Origin: Verrucomicrobiales bacterium
GTDB taxonomy: Bacteria > Verrucomicrobiota > Verrucomicrobiia > Verrucomicrobiales > V1-33
Direction: 5' to 3'
Length of the DNA stretch: 23,989 bases
Assembly: GCA_031411295.1 (NCBI GenBank)
Contig: JANOAV010000149.1
Location: forward strand, 1-23,989
Shown: piece after piece, positions 6,089 through 14,113 of the stretch
Numbering within the stretch: position 1 is the first letter of the stretch
How the letters are laid out: every line of letters begins with the position of its first letter
Made by a program: the position numbers and the translations under genes
Notes under the pieces: model-generated
Database searches by the model: none
Told to the model about the DNA's origin: nothing
Seen by the model: the letters and a program-made list of their open reading frames with translations, nothing else

Positions 6089-9000
6089 ATGCCCACCGAT
6101 CCCACCGCACACATGTCCCCAGAGGAAGCAGCCGCTTATGCCGAAGCCTTGCGAAAGATCGATGAGTGCCGGAAATCGGGGAAGACCGGGTTGGATTTGT
6201 CGTTGATGCCCTTGAGCACCCTCCCTCCCGAAATTGGCCACCTCCGTGCACTGACAGAGCTTAACCTAAACCAAAACCGCCTAACCACCCTCCCACCGGC
6301 AATTGGGCTCCTCGCCGCGCTTCGGGTGCTACATCTCAGCCACAACCAATTGAGCATCCTCCCGCCGGAAATCGGCCAACTCTCGCAGTTGACGAAGCTT
6401 GATCTCGACCAAAACAAACTGAGCACTCTCCCGCCGGAAATCGGCCAACTCACTGCGCTGACGGTGCTTAACCTCAACCGCAACCAACTAAGCACCCTCC
6501 CGCCGGAAATCGGCCAACTCACTACTCTGACGGAGCTTTACCTCTACAACAACGAACTGAGCACCCTTCCACAGGAAATCGGCCAACTAAATGCGCTGAC
6601 GGAGCTTAACCTCTCCAACAACCAATTGAGCATCCTCCCGCCAGAAATCGGCCAACTCACTGCGCTGACGTGGCTTGACGTCTACTACAATCAACTGAGC
6701 ACCCTCCCGCCGGAAATCAGCAAACTCACTACGCTGAGGGGGCTTTTCCTCAACACCAACCAACTGAGCACCTTCCCGCCGGAAATCGGCCAACTCACTA
6801 CCCTGACGAAGCTTGACCTCCAGAGCAACCAACTGAGCACCCTCCCGCCGGAAATCGGCAAACTCACTGCACTGACGGAGCTATACCTCTACAACAACAA
6901 ACTGAGCACCCTCCCACCGGAAATCAGCCAACTCACTGCGCTGACGCAGCTAAACCTCTCCAACAACCAACTGAGCATCCTCCCGCAAGAAATCGGCCAA
7001 CTCACTGCCCTGACGGAGCTTGACCTCCAGAGCAACCAATTGAGCACCCTCCCGCCGGAAATCGGCAAACTCACTACGCTAAAGCAACTTCAACTCCACA
7101 GTAACCGATTGACCACACTTCCGTCGGAAATCGGAAAACTCACCGCGCTGACGGAACTCTTCCTCCACAGCAATCAACTGAAGACAATCCCTTCGGAAAT
7201 TGGACTTCTATCCTCTCTGACAGCGCTGACCATCTTCGACAACAAATTGATCAGCATCCCAAAGGAAATTAGCCAATTATCTGCGCTGAGGCTGCTATCC
7301 CTGCATGACAACCAACTCATCAGCATCCCCGCGGAAATCGGCCTACTGAATCCCCTTACCCAGCTTCAGCTCTTCAATAACCCCCTGGAAGACCCACCAA
7401 ATTCGATTTGCAACCAAGGCCTCGATGCCGTTCGCCAATATTTTGCAGACAAAGCCACCACGGGGGAGGAAACTCTTTGGCGCAGCAAGCTAATGCTGGT
7501 AGGAGAAGGCCGGGTGGGCAAGACAGAACTCAGGCATAGGCTACTTGGTAGACCCCACGGGCAGGCGAAGACCACCGAGGTGTTGGAGATAGAGACCGTT
7601 CCCCTACCGCACCCTACGCTGCCGGAGGTGACTATGAGCCTGAACTGCTGGGACTTCGGTGGCCAAGAGGTCTATCATGCCACGCATCAGTTCTTCCTTA
7701 CAGGTCGATCTCTTTTTGTTTATTGCTTTGAGGCAGGGAAGGACTGGGAGGCGGGGAGACCCTACTACTGGCTGGATAAAATTTCCGCCGTGGCTCCCGA
7801 GGCTCCAGTAGTCATCGTAGCCACGAAGGGAGATGAGCGAGCCGCCCCTGCACTGCCGTGGACGGACCTGAAGCAGCGCTACTCGCAACTAATCGGGGAC
7901 GGTTGTTTCCTCATCACCACGAGGACCTCAGAGCGGAAGGACCAGCCGGGGGATGGCATGGCGGAACTACTTGCTTGTCTGCAACACGTGGCAGCGGACC
8001 GTTCTTTGCTTCCTCTGATGGGAGAATCCCTCCCTAAGGCTTGGGTGGCTGGTATGAAGGCGGTGGAACAGCATCCGCATGATCATTATTTGAAACAGGA
8101 GGTATTCTGTAACCTGTTGGAGAAGGCCGGAGTGCCGACCGCATCCCTGCACACAGTGGCCACCATGCTGCGGGACTTAGGGGAAATCCTCTACTACAGC
8201 GAGGAGACCGACGCTGAGTTGCAGGATTGGGTCATAATCAAGCCATCCTGGGTGACGCGGGCGGCGGCTCGCATCCTCGACAGTGCCGGAGTGCAAGCTT
8301 CCACCGGAGTGCTGACTAAGGAAGAGATGAAGCAAGCCTGGCACGGATATCCTGAGGTGATGCACCCGGTATTACTGGACTTGATGGAGAAATATGATCT
8401 GACATATAAAATTCCTGAGGATGCCTCCGACCGTAGTCTGGTGGTGGAGCAACTCCCTAAGAGTGAAGTGTCGGCCCCAACTGAATGGGACGCGCTTAAG
8501 CCGGGAACGGGCCTAGGGAATCATGAAATGGAAATGACGTTCCACTTGGCCAGTATGCAGGCGGGAATTCCCACGTGGTTCATTGCGCGGAAGCATTACT
8601 ACACGATGCGCAAGCACTGGCGCTATGGAGTATTTTTTGCAGACAATCGGGAGCATCCCAAACACGTGGCTCTGGTGCGAGCGTCAACGGACCCGAAAGA
8701 ACCAGTGGTGCGGCTCACAGTGAGGGGTCCGTTCCCTCAGACGTTCTTTGCCGTCATGAAGGAAGGGCTGGAAGCCAGCATCCGGGATCGGTATCCCCAA
8801 TTGATTAAGCAGCAGACAATTCCGTGTTGTTGCCAGGACCGCACACCGGGGGCGCAGCCATGCACGCATGCGTTCAACTATGAACGACTGCTTGAACGAC
8901 TGGCCAAGAAAAAGGAAAAGGCCGAGTGCGATGTATCGCTGGAAGAGGTGTCTGTCACCGAACTGCTCTTCGGTTATGACGCCCCGGTTAACGCAACCAT

Positions 9001-9685
9001 CCAGAGGGTCGAGGAAATGGAGGAACGACTGGCCGCGAAGATCGAGGAAGTGGGAGATAAACTGGAAGAAATAGCTGATGCGATCCGACAAAATTTCCGC
9101 TATCTGTATAGCGATTTGCAACGTCGGGAAGAGACGCACTGCCCGAATCTGTTCGTCATCTGGAGAGAGGCCAAAGGAAAGCCATTCCACGTGCCGATGC
9201 GGCTGGCGCTCTGTTGTCAGCATCCAAGGGAAGAACATATCGCCTGTGAACTGGAAAAGGCTTACCACATTGACGCGCTCAAGGACTTTGTGCGGAAGGC
9301 CGCGCCCCTGCTCAAGAGTGTAAAGACGGTGCTGAAATATGCCAAACTAACGGGACTGCCCATAGTCAAGGAATGGGACAAGGATCTGGGAGAATTAGTG
9401 GGTAACTGCCAGGAGACCATGAACTCCATGCTGGAGGATTTCGAGAAAATATCAGACAAAGGAGAAGCCCCCGAATTGTTCAAGGCAGAGATAGACCAGG
9501 GCGATGGCCAACTCCAAGAAAAACGCATCGCAGGAGCCGCCCTCCGTGAGTTCCGCGCACTACTGGATAAGGTGGACAAAACCCAATCCTGGCACGGTCT
9601 GGTTAAGAAACGCTCCAACCTCACTGGAGAATATCTCTGGGTATGCGCCAAACATGCTGCGGAGGATGTTTATCATATGAAGTAA
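6089..9685 (+). CDS. Roco protein 1: about 17 LRR + Roc GTPase + COR + coiled coil + Cys/His-rich C-terminal domain
   Basis: 23-aa LRRs (LSTLPPEIGQLTALTELxLxxNQ); P-loop GEGRVGKT (7502-7525); G3 WDFGGQE; G4 TKGD; COR motifs (LRDLGEILYY, IIKPSWV, W..GV). Confidence 0.95.
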   Translation: MPTDPTAHMSPEEAAAYAEALRKIDECRKSGKTGLDLSLMPLSTLPPEIGHLRALTELNLNQNRLTTLPPAIGLLAALRVLHLSHNQLSILPPEIGQLSQLTKLDLDQNKLSTLPPEIGQLTALTVLNLNRNQLSTLPPEIGQLTTLTELYLYNNELSTLPQEIGQLNALTELNLSNNQLSILPPEIGQLTALTWLDVYYNQLSTLPPEISKLTTLRGLFLNTNQLSTFPPEIGQLTTLTKLDLQSNQLSTLPPEIGKLTALTELYLYNNKLSTLPPEISQLTALTQLNLSNNQLSILPQEIGQLTALTELDLQSNQLSTLPPEIGKLTTLKQLQLHSNRLTTLPSEIGKLTALTELFLHSNQLKTIPSEIGLLSSLTALTIFDNKLISIPKEISQLSALRLLSLHDNQLISIPAEIGLLNPLTQLQLFNNPLEDPPNSICNQGLDAVRQYFADKATTGEETLWRSKLMLVGEGRVGKTELRHRLLGRPHGQAKTTEVLEIETVPLPHPTLPEVTMSLNCWDFGGQEVYHATHQFFLTGRSLFVYCFEAGKDWEAGRPYYWLDKISAVAPEAPVVIVATKGDERAAPALPWTDLKQRYSQLIGDGCFLITTRTSERKDQPGDGMAELLACLQHVAADRSLLPLMGESLPKAWVAGMKAVEQHPHDHYLKQEVFCNLLEKAGVPTASLHTVATMLRDLGEILYYSEETDAELQDWVIIKPSWVTRAAARILDSAGVQASTGVLTKEEMKQAWHGYPEVMHPVLLDLMEKYDLTYKIPEDASDRSLVVEQLPKSEVSAPTEWDALKPGTGLGNHEMEMTFHLASMQAGIPTWFIARKHYYTMRKHWRYGVFFADNREHPKHVALVRASTDPKEPVVRLTVRGPFPQTFFAVMKEGLEASIRDRYPQLIKQQTIPCCCQDRTPGAQPCTHAFNYERLLERLAKKKEKAECDVSLEEVSVTELLFGYDAPVNATIQRVEEMEERLAAKIEEVGDKLEEIADAIRQNFRYLYSDLQRREETHCPNLFVIWREAKGKPFHVPMRLALCCQHPREEHIACELEKAYHIDALKDFVRKAAPLLKSVKTVLKYAKLTGLPIVKEWDKDLGELVGNCQETMNSMLEDFEKISDKGEAPELFKAEIDQGDGQLQEKRIAGAALREFRALLDKVDKTQSWHGLVKKRSNLTGEYLWVCAKHAAEDVYHMK
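6212..7382 (+). repeat. 69-bp coding tandem repeats (LRR units)
   Basis: Scaffold aaccaactgagcaccctcccgccggaaatcggccaactcact recurs every 69 bp; nearly invariant from about 6350 to 7080 and more diverged towards the 3' end. Confidence 0.95.
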
Positions 9686-9748
9686 GAATCCGTGACACCG
9701 AGCACAACCCAGCTTTATCACTGTTACCCACCTTCCAGATTTACTTCC

Positions 9749-12208
9749 ATGCCCACTGATCCCACCGCCCACATGACCCCGAAAGCTCGCGAAGCCTACG
9801 CCAAAGCTCAGCAAATGATCAGCGAGTGCAAGGCCTCGGGAGACACCGTGCTAGATTTGGTCGGCCTCGGTCTTACTGCCCTGCCGCCAGAAATCGGCCA
9901 ACTCACGAAGGTGACGGTGCTTTACCTTAGCAACAACAGACTCAGCACCCTCTCACCGGAAATCGGCCAACTCACCGCGCTGACGGTGCTTTCCCTCGAA
10001 AACAACCAACTGAGCACCCTCCCGCCGGAAATCGGAAAGTTGCTGAAGTTGAAATTTCTGTTGCTAGGGCATAACGCTCTCAAAGAGCTTCCCGAGGAAC
10101 TAAGGCAACTAAAATTGACTAACTTACAACTTGGAGGCAACGAACTACTTGGCCTCCCAACGGAGATGGTGGGCGTGGACGACCCCGAGGCCACATGGGT
10201 TCACATGTTCCCCGACGACATCCTCCGGTTTTATTTCAGCAGACTTACCCAAGGCGATGCCCCCATGCAGGAGGTGCGGGTCTTGCTGATAGGGCGGGGA
10301 CGTGTTGGGAAGACATCGCTCATCAAGGCTCTGCAAAATACAAACCCAGATCCGAAGGAACCAGAGACCCCAGGGATCACGGTGAGCCAACTCCCGCTGA
10401 CCTGCCCGCAGGGAGAGGCCAAGGCGCATATGTGGGACTTTGGAGGGCAGGAGTTTCTCCATGGGACACACCAGATCTTCCTCAGTGAGCGTTGTGTCTA
10501 TGTGCTGGTGTTGGAAGGGCGGGAGGGGAATTGGGAGGCGGAGACGGACTATTGGCTGCGGTTCATCCAGAGTTTCGGTGGAAACAGCCCGGTGATTGTG
10601 GTGCTGAATAAATACGCGGAACATCCTTTCTCGGTAGATACCTTTCGCCTACGGGAGCGCTGTCCGCAGATCGTGGGCTTCGTGAATACCGATGCCGTGA
10701 CCCGGATGGGTGTGGAGAATCTGTGCGATTTATTGACGCAGACGGTGGATGGCATGAAGGAAGTGTGGCTAACGGTGCCGCGGAATTGGCATCGGGTGAA
10801 GGAGGCGCTGGAGCAGATGCCGGATCGGTATCTGGGCTACCCGGCCTATCAGGCGCTATGTGCCCGACATGAGGTGGTGGAGGCGCAGGAGCAGGACAGC
10901 CTGGCCAGCACGCTGCATCAACTGGGGATAGCGCTGAATTTCCGGGACCATGCCCGGCTGAAGCATACCAGTGTGCTGAAGCCAGAGTGGGTGACGGATG
11001 GCATCTACGGGCTGCTGCGCTACACCCAAGCAAAGGATTGCCATGGGGTCTTCCAACGGGATTGGATGTCGGACGCATTGCCCGCTGAGCATTATCCGGC
11101 GGAGAAGCATGATTTCGTGCTGGAGCTGATGGCGAAATTCGAGGTGGCGTTCCCCTTGGATGGCGATGAGCGCTGGCTGATCCCCGAACTGCTGAGGGAA
11201 ACGCAGCCGGAGGCATTCGCAGAATTTACCGGGGACGGAGTGCAGCGGCTAAGGTTCATCTACCCAGATGCGCTGCCGCCTGGTCTGCTGCCCCGCTTCA
11301 TTGTGCGAACGCATGAAATGAGCGATGGTCACCCGAACTGGCGTTGGCGCTCGGGCGTGGTCTTGGAATGGGAAGCGTGCCGGGCGCTGGTGCGGCTGAA
11401 TCGGTCAGAACGTCGCACGGAAATAGCCGTAATCAATTGCCCGCGTGACGATCAGCAAAACCTCTTCGATCTGATAAGGGCGCATTTAACGATCCTGCAC
11501 GGGAAGGTGCGGGTTATAGAGGAAGTGGAATTGCCAGAACATCCGGACACGTGGGTGAAGGCGACCAAGCTCCGGTTACTGGAGACCAAGAACATTGCTG
11601 AAACGCAGGAGGAAACCAAGGAGGGAGACCTAACCACGGTCCCCGTGAAAGCTACTCTGGACCCAGTGGAAAGCCAGGAGTCACGCGATTCCACGAACAG
11701 CGATTCCCCGGCTCCGCTGCGGCTCTTTGTGAGTTACGCTCACGCCGACGAACGGAAGATACGCGCCCTCTCCAGACACCTGACGGTGTTGGGCAGCCGT
11801 GGCTACATCCAAACCTGGCAGGACACCCAACTTATCGCAGGGGAGCAATGGATGGAGCGCATACTAGAGGAATTGGCAAAGGCGGACACCGTGCTTCTGC
11901 TGTATTCCGAGAACAGCCAAGCATCGAAGTTTATCCAAGAGACGGAGGCCCCAGAAGCCGTGCGCAGAGCCAAAGAAGGCAGGACACGCCTGATCGTAGT
12001 GCCGCTGGATACCAAGGACTGGGATAAATCCCACCCATTGGAAAAAGACCTAAGCACCTTCCAAACCGCCACCTGGAATGCCAAGCCGGTGCTGCATCAC
12101 AAGCCCCACGGAGAAGGCTGGACGGCAGTGCGTGAGGCCATCCTAAAGGTAGTGCGGGATATGCGCGGCAAGCTGGATGGCGAGCGGCGGAAGATGGGGC
12201 GGGTGTGA
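9749..12208 (+). CDS. Roco protein 2: short LRR + Roc + COR + C-terminal TIR domain
   Basis: Start placed at ATG 9749 because MPTDPTAHM matches the Roco 1 N-terminus. P-loop GRGRVGKTS; WDFGGQE; TIR motifs LFVSYAHAD, W.D..LIAGEQW...I..EL..AD..LLL.S....AS.FI.E.E from about 11717. Confidence 0.93.
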   Translation: MPTDPTAHMTPKAREAYAKAQQMISECKASGDTVLDLVGLGLTALPPEIGQLTKVTVLYLSNNRLSTLSPEIGQLTALTVLSLENNQLSTLPPEIGKLLKLKFLLLGHNALKELPEELRQLKLTNLQLGGNELLGLPTEMVGVDDPEATWVHMFPDDILRFYFSRLTQGDAPMQEVRVLLIGRGRVGKTSLIKALQNTNPDPKEPETPGITVSQLPLTCPQGEAKAHMWDFGGQEFLHGTHQIFLSERCVYVLVLEGREGNWEAETDYWLRFIQSFGGNSPVIVVLNKYAEHPFSVDTFRLRERCPQIVGFVNTDAVTRMGVENLCDLLTQTVDGMKEVWLTVPRNWHRVKEALEQMPDRYLGYPAYQALCARHEVVEAQEQDSLASTLHQLGIALNFRDHARLKHTSVLKPEWVTDGIYGLLRYTQAKDCHGVFQRDWMSDALPAEHYPAEKHDFVLELMAKFEVAFPLDGDERWLIPELLRETQPEAFAEFTGDGVQRLRFIYPDALPPGLLPRFIVRTHEMSDGHPNWRWRSGVVLEWEACRALVRLNRSERRTEIAVINCPRDDQQNLFDLIRAHLTILHGKVRVIEEVELPEHPDTWVKATKLRLLETKNIAETQEETKEGDLTTVPVKATLDPVESQESRDSTNSDSPAPLRLFVSYAHADERKIRALSRHLTVLGSRGYIQTWQDTQLIAGEQWMERILEELAKADTVLLLYSENSQASKFIQETEAPEAVRRAKEGRTRLIVVPLDTKDWDKSHPLEKDLSTFQTATWNAKPVLHHKPHGEGWTAVREAILKVVRDMRGKLDGERRKMGRV

Positions 12209-12224
12209 GGGGGAAGATTTCAGC

Positions 12225-12260
12225 CCATGCCAGTGATCAATTTTACTGGCATGGTTTCTC
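12225..12260 (+). terminator. Hairpin terminator candidate after the Roco pair
   Basis: ccatgccagt...actggcatgg (10-bp perfect stem) followed by tttctc. Confidence 0.55.
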
Positions 12261-12271
12261 CACCATTAAGG

Positions 12272-12350
12272 ATGGCAAGGGAATGGGGGCAAGGGAATGA
12301 AGTTTTCCGATCTGTGTTATTCCTTTGCCCTCATTCCCTTGCCATTTTTT
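12272..12350. repeat. Inverted repeat built from 14-bp units (GGCAAGGGAATGGG)
   Basis: atggcaagggaatgggggcaagggaatga pairs with ttattcctttgccctcattcccttgccat, followed by a T run. Confidence 0.8.
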
Positions 12351-12470
12351 CACGCTCTTGGTGCTAATCGGCACCTTCACCCCGTTGTCAGGATCCGGCA
12401 CGCGGGACCTGCTGGCTCTGGGAACGCTGGTGGGGGGTCAGGAGAAAACGCTGCAAGGCGTGAGCAACTG

Positions 12471-12573
12471 GGAGCGGCGTTGCTTCCAGCCGCCGCACTA
12501 TGGCCAAGCTGTCTCAGCAAACACATTCCTATTCCCCGTTGCATGGTGACGGCGGCTGGAAGCACGCCGCTCC
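12471..12573. repeat. REP doublet in inverted orientation (REPIN-like) at the 3' end of the radical SAM gene
   Basis: ggagcggcgttgcttccagccgccg (12471-12495) and cggcggctggaagcacgccgctcc (12550-12573), with a 1-nt indel. Confidence 0.8.
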
Positions 12574-12578
12574 GACTC

Positions 12579-13937
12579 CTACGTATATCGCGTCCCTCGA
12601 TGCTGTGGCAGGAAGAAATCATGCAGCAACCGATCCACCTGCAGCAATCCATCCCGATTCAGGCAGATGTCATCCCCGGCCACATGGCCGAGTCCGATCT
12701 CGTGGATGTGCGCCAGTTGCAGGGCAAACTCCACCCGGGGATCCAGGCCGAATTTGTTCACGAAATAACTCGCCTGCACCTGGCCGAGTTTCAGGGTGAG
12801 GATGAACTCGCGAATGAACTGTTCCTGATGATTTGTCTGGTAGGCCCGGTAGATGGGCAATTGCCCATTCTTCACCAACAACTGGTAAGGCCCGATGTCC
12901 GCGTGATTCTGTAAATGCACGCCTCCCAGATGCCCAAAGCTGGCCACGCCTAACGGCAGCAAATCCGCCCCGCTCCACAGGGCATCGCGATAGATGAATT
13001 TGGTGGTCTTGGCATCTTTGACCACCGTGCTGGTGCTGGACACGGTGTATCCCGCCGCCTCGAACGCACTGAACGCTTCCTTCACCCAGCGTCGCTTCGT
13101 AACCCAATCCGCCACCGGAGCTACCAACTCCCCTGCCGCCTTCATTTGTTGATAAATGCCGGTATTGTAGGGCACTTCCATTTGATAAATCGTCAGACAG
13201 TCCGGTTGAAGCTCCAGCGCCCGCTGCACGCTGCGCTGCCAGTTCTCCTCCGTCTCTTCCACCATGCCCGCAATGAGATCGATATTAATCTGCGGGAAAC
13301 CAATATTTCTCGCATGAGCATACGCCCGATCGATCTCCCCACTGCGGTGCGCGCGACCATTGATCTCCAAAATGTGATCGTCGAAACTCTCCACACCCAG
13401 ACTCAATCGGGTCACTCCCAGCCCGCGAATGGCATCCAGTTTCTTCTCCGTTAGGGTCCCGGGTTCGGCCTCGAAGGCTACTTCCTCAGCTTCGTCCCAG
13501 GGAAACAGATCCTTCATCCGATTCGTTAGATCCGTGAGTTGCGGCACGCTCAAATAGCTCGGGGTGCCACCGCCGAAGTAAACAAACTTTGGTTTCCGAC
13601 CCTGCACATACGGCTTGGCCGCTAGCATCTCCATCTCCGCTACGGACGAGTCCAGGTAGCTCTTAATTTCCGACGCATTCTTGTCGGTATAGACTCGGAA
13701 ATAACAGAAATGACACCGTTTCCGACAGAACGGAATGTGGAAATACAGTCCCAATGGCTTATCCACCGGAGCAGGCGAATCCAGCACCCGATGCACATCG
13801 GCAATCGCCTCCTTGGTCCAATACGAGAACGGCGGATAGTTCGCCACAAAGTAATTGCCCGCCTCCGTATCTTCCTTCTTGGGAGGAAGCGGCGGGAGCG
13901 GCACAACAGGAGACAGCAAGGGGGAATCAGAAGCCAT
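12579..13937 (-). CDS. HemN/HemW-like (class C) radical SAM protein
   Basis: LYFHIPFCRKRCHFCYF (CxxxCxxC), YFGGGTPS, RLSLGVESF, INIDLIAG, and a C-terminal HemN_C-like region. Likely start ATG 13937. Confidence 0.88.
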   Translation of the reverse strand: MASDSPLLSPVVPLPPLPPKKEDTEAGNYFVANYPPFSYWTKEAIADVHRVLDSPAPVDKPLGLYFHIPFCRKRCHFCYFRVYTDKNASEIKSYLDSSVAEMEMLAAKPYVQGRKPKFVYFGGGTPSYLSVPQLTDLTNRMKDLFPWDEAEEVAFEAEPGTLTEKKLDAIRGLGVTRLSLGVESFDDHILEINGRAHRSGEIDRAYAHARNIGFPQINIDLIAGMVEETEENWQRSVQRALELQPDCLTIYQMEVPYNTGIYQQMKAAGELVAPVADWVTKRRWVKEAFSAFEAAGYTVSSTSTVVKDAKTTKFIYRDALWSGADLLPLGVASFGHLGGVHLQNHADIGPYQLLVKNGQLPIYRAYQTNHQEQFIREFILTLKLGQVQASYFVNKFGLDPRVEFALQLAHIHEIGLGHVAGDDICLNRDGLLQVDRLLHDFFLPQHRGTRYT

Positions 13938-14113
13938 GCGCTCAACGTAGAAGCATTGCCGCACAGGGCAAATGAGAAATGACGTGCCCTTAGTTCTCCT
14001 TTGTTACATTTTATATTTGCCGAAAAAAACAAAAAAAGGCCGAAAAGAATTGGTTGGGGAGTGTCGCAGAGAATTCATTTTTCGTCCTTTCCCGTTTTTT
14101 TCGGCCATCGATT

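Noticed and set aside
4896..6251. Computed ORFs across the repeat region (4896-5402, 5516-5941, 5625-5957, 5674-6042, 5829-6251 and others)
   Set aside because: Low-complexity translations of GC-rich palindromic DNA, mutually overlapping, with no recognisable motifs.
6212..7382. Complete diversity-generating retroelement acting on the LRRs
   Set aside because: No reverse transcriptase, Avd or non-coding template repeat in the window, and scaffold adenines are invariant. Kept only as a testable hypothesis.
9692..9748. GTG start for Roco 2 at 9692
   Set aside because: Paralogy with Roco 1 places the start at ATG 9749.
12297..12914. 205-aa plus-strand ORF
   Set aside because: It runs through inverted repeats and antisense into the radical SAM gene, with no motifs.
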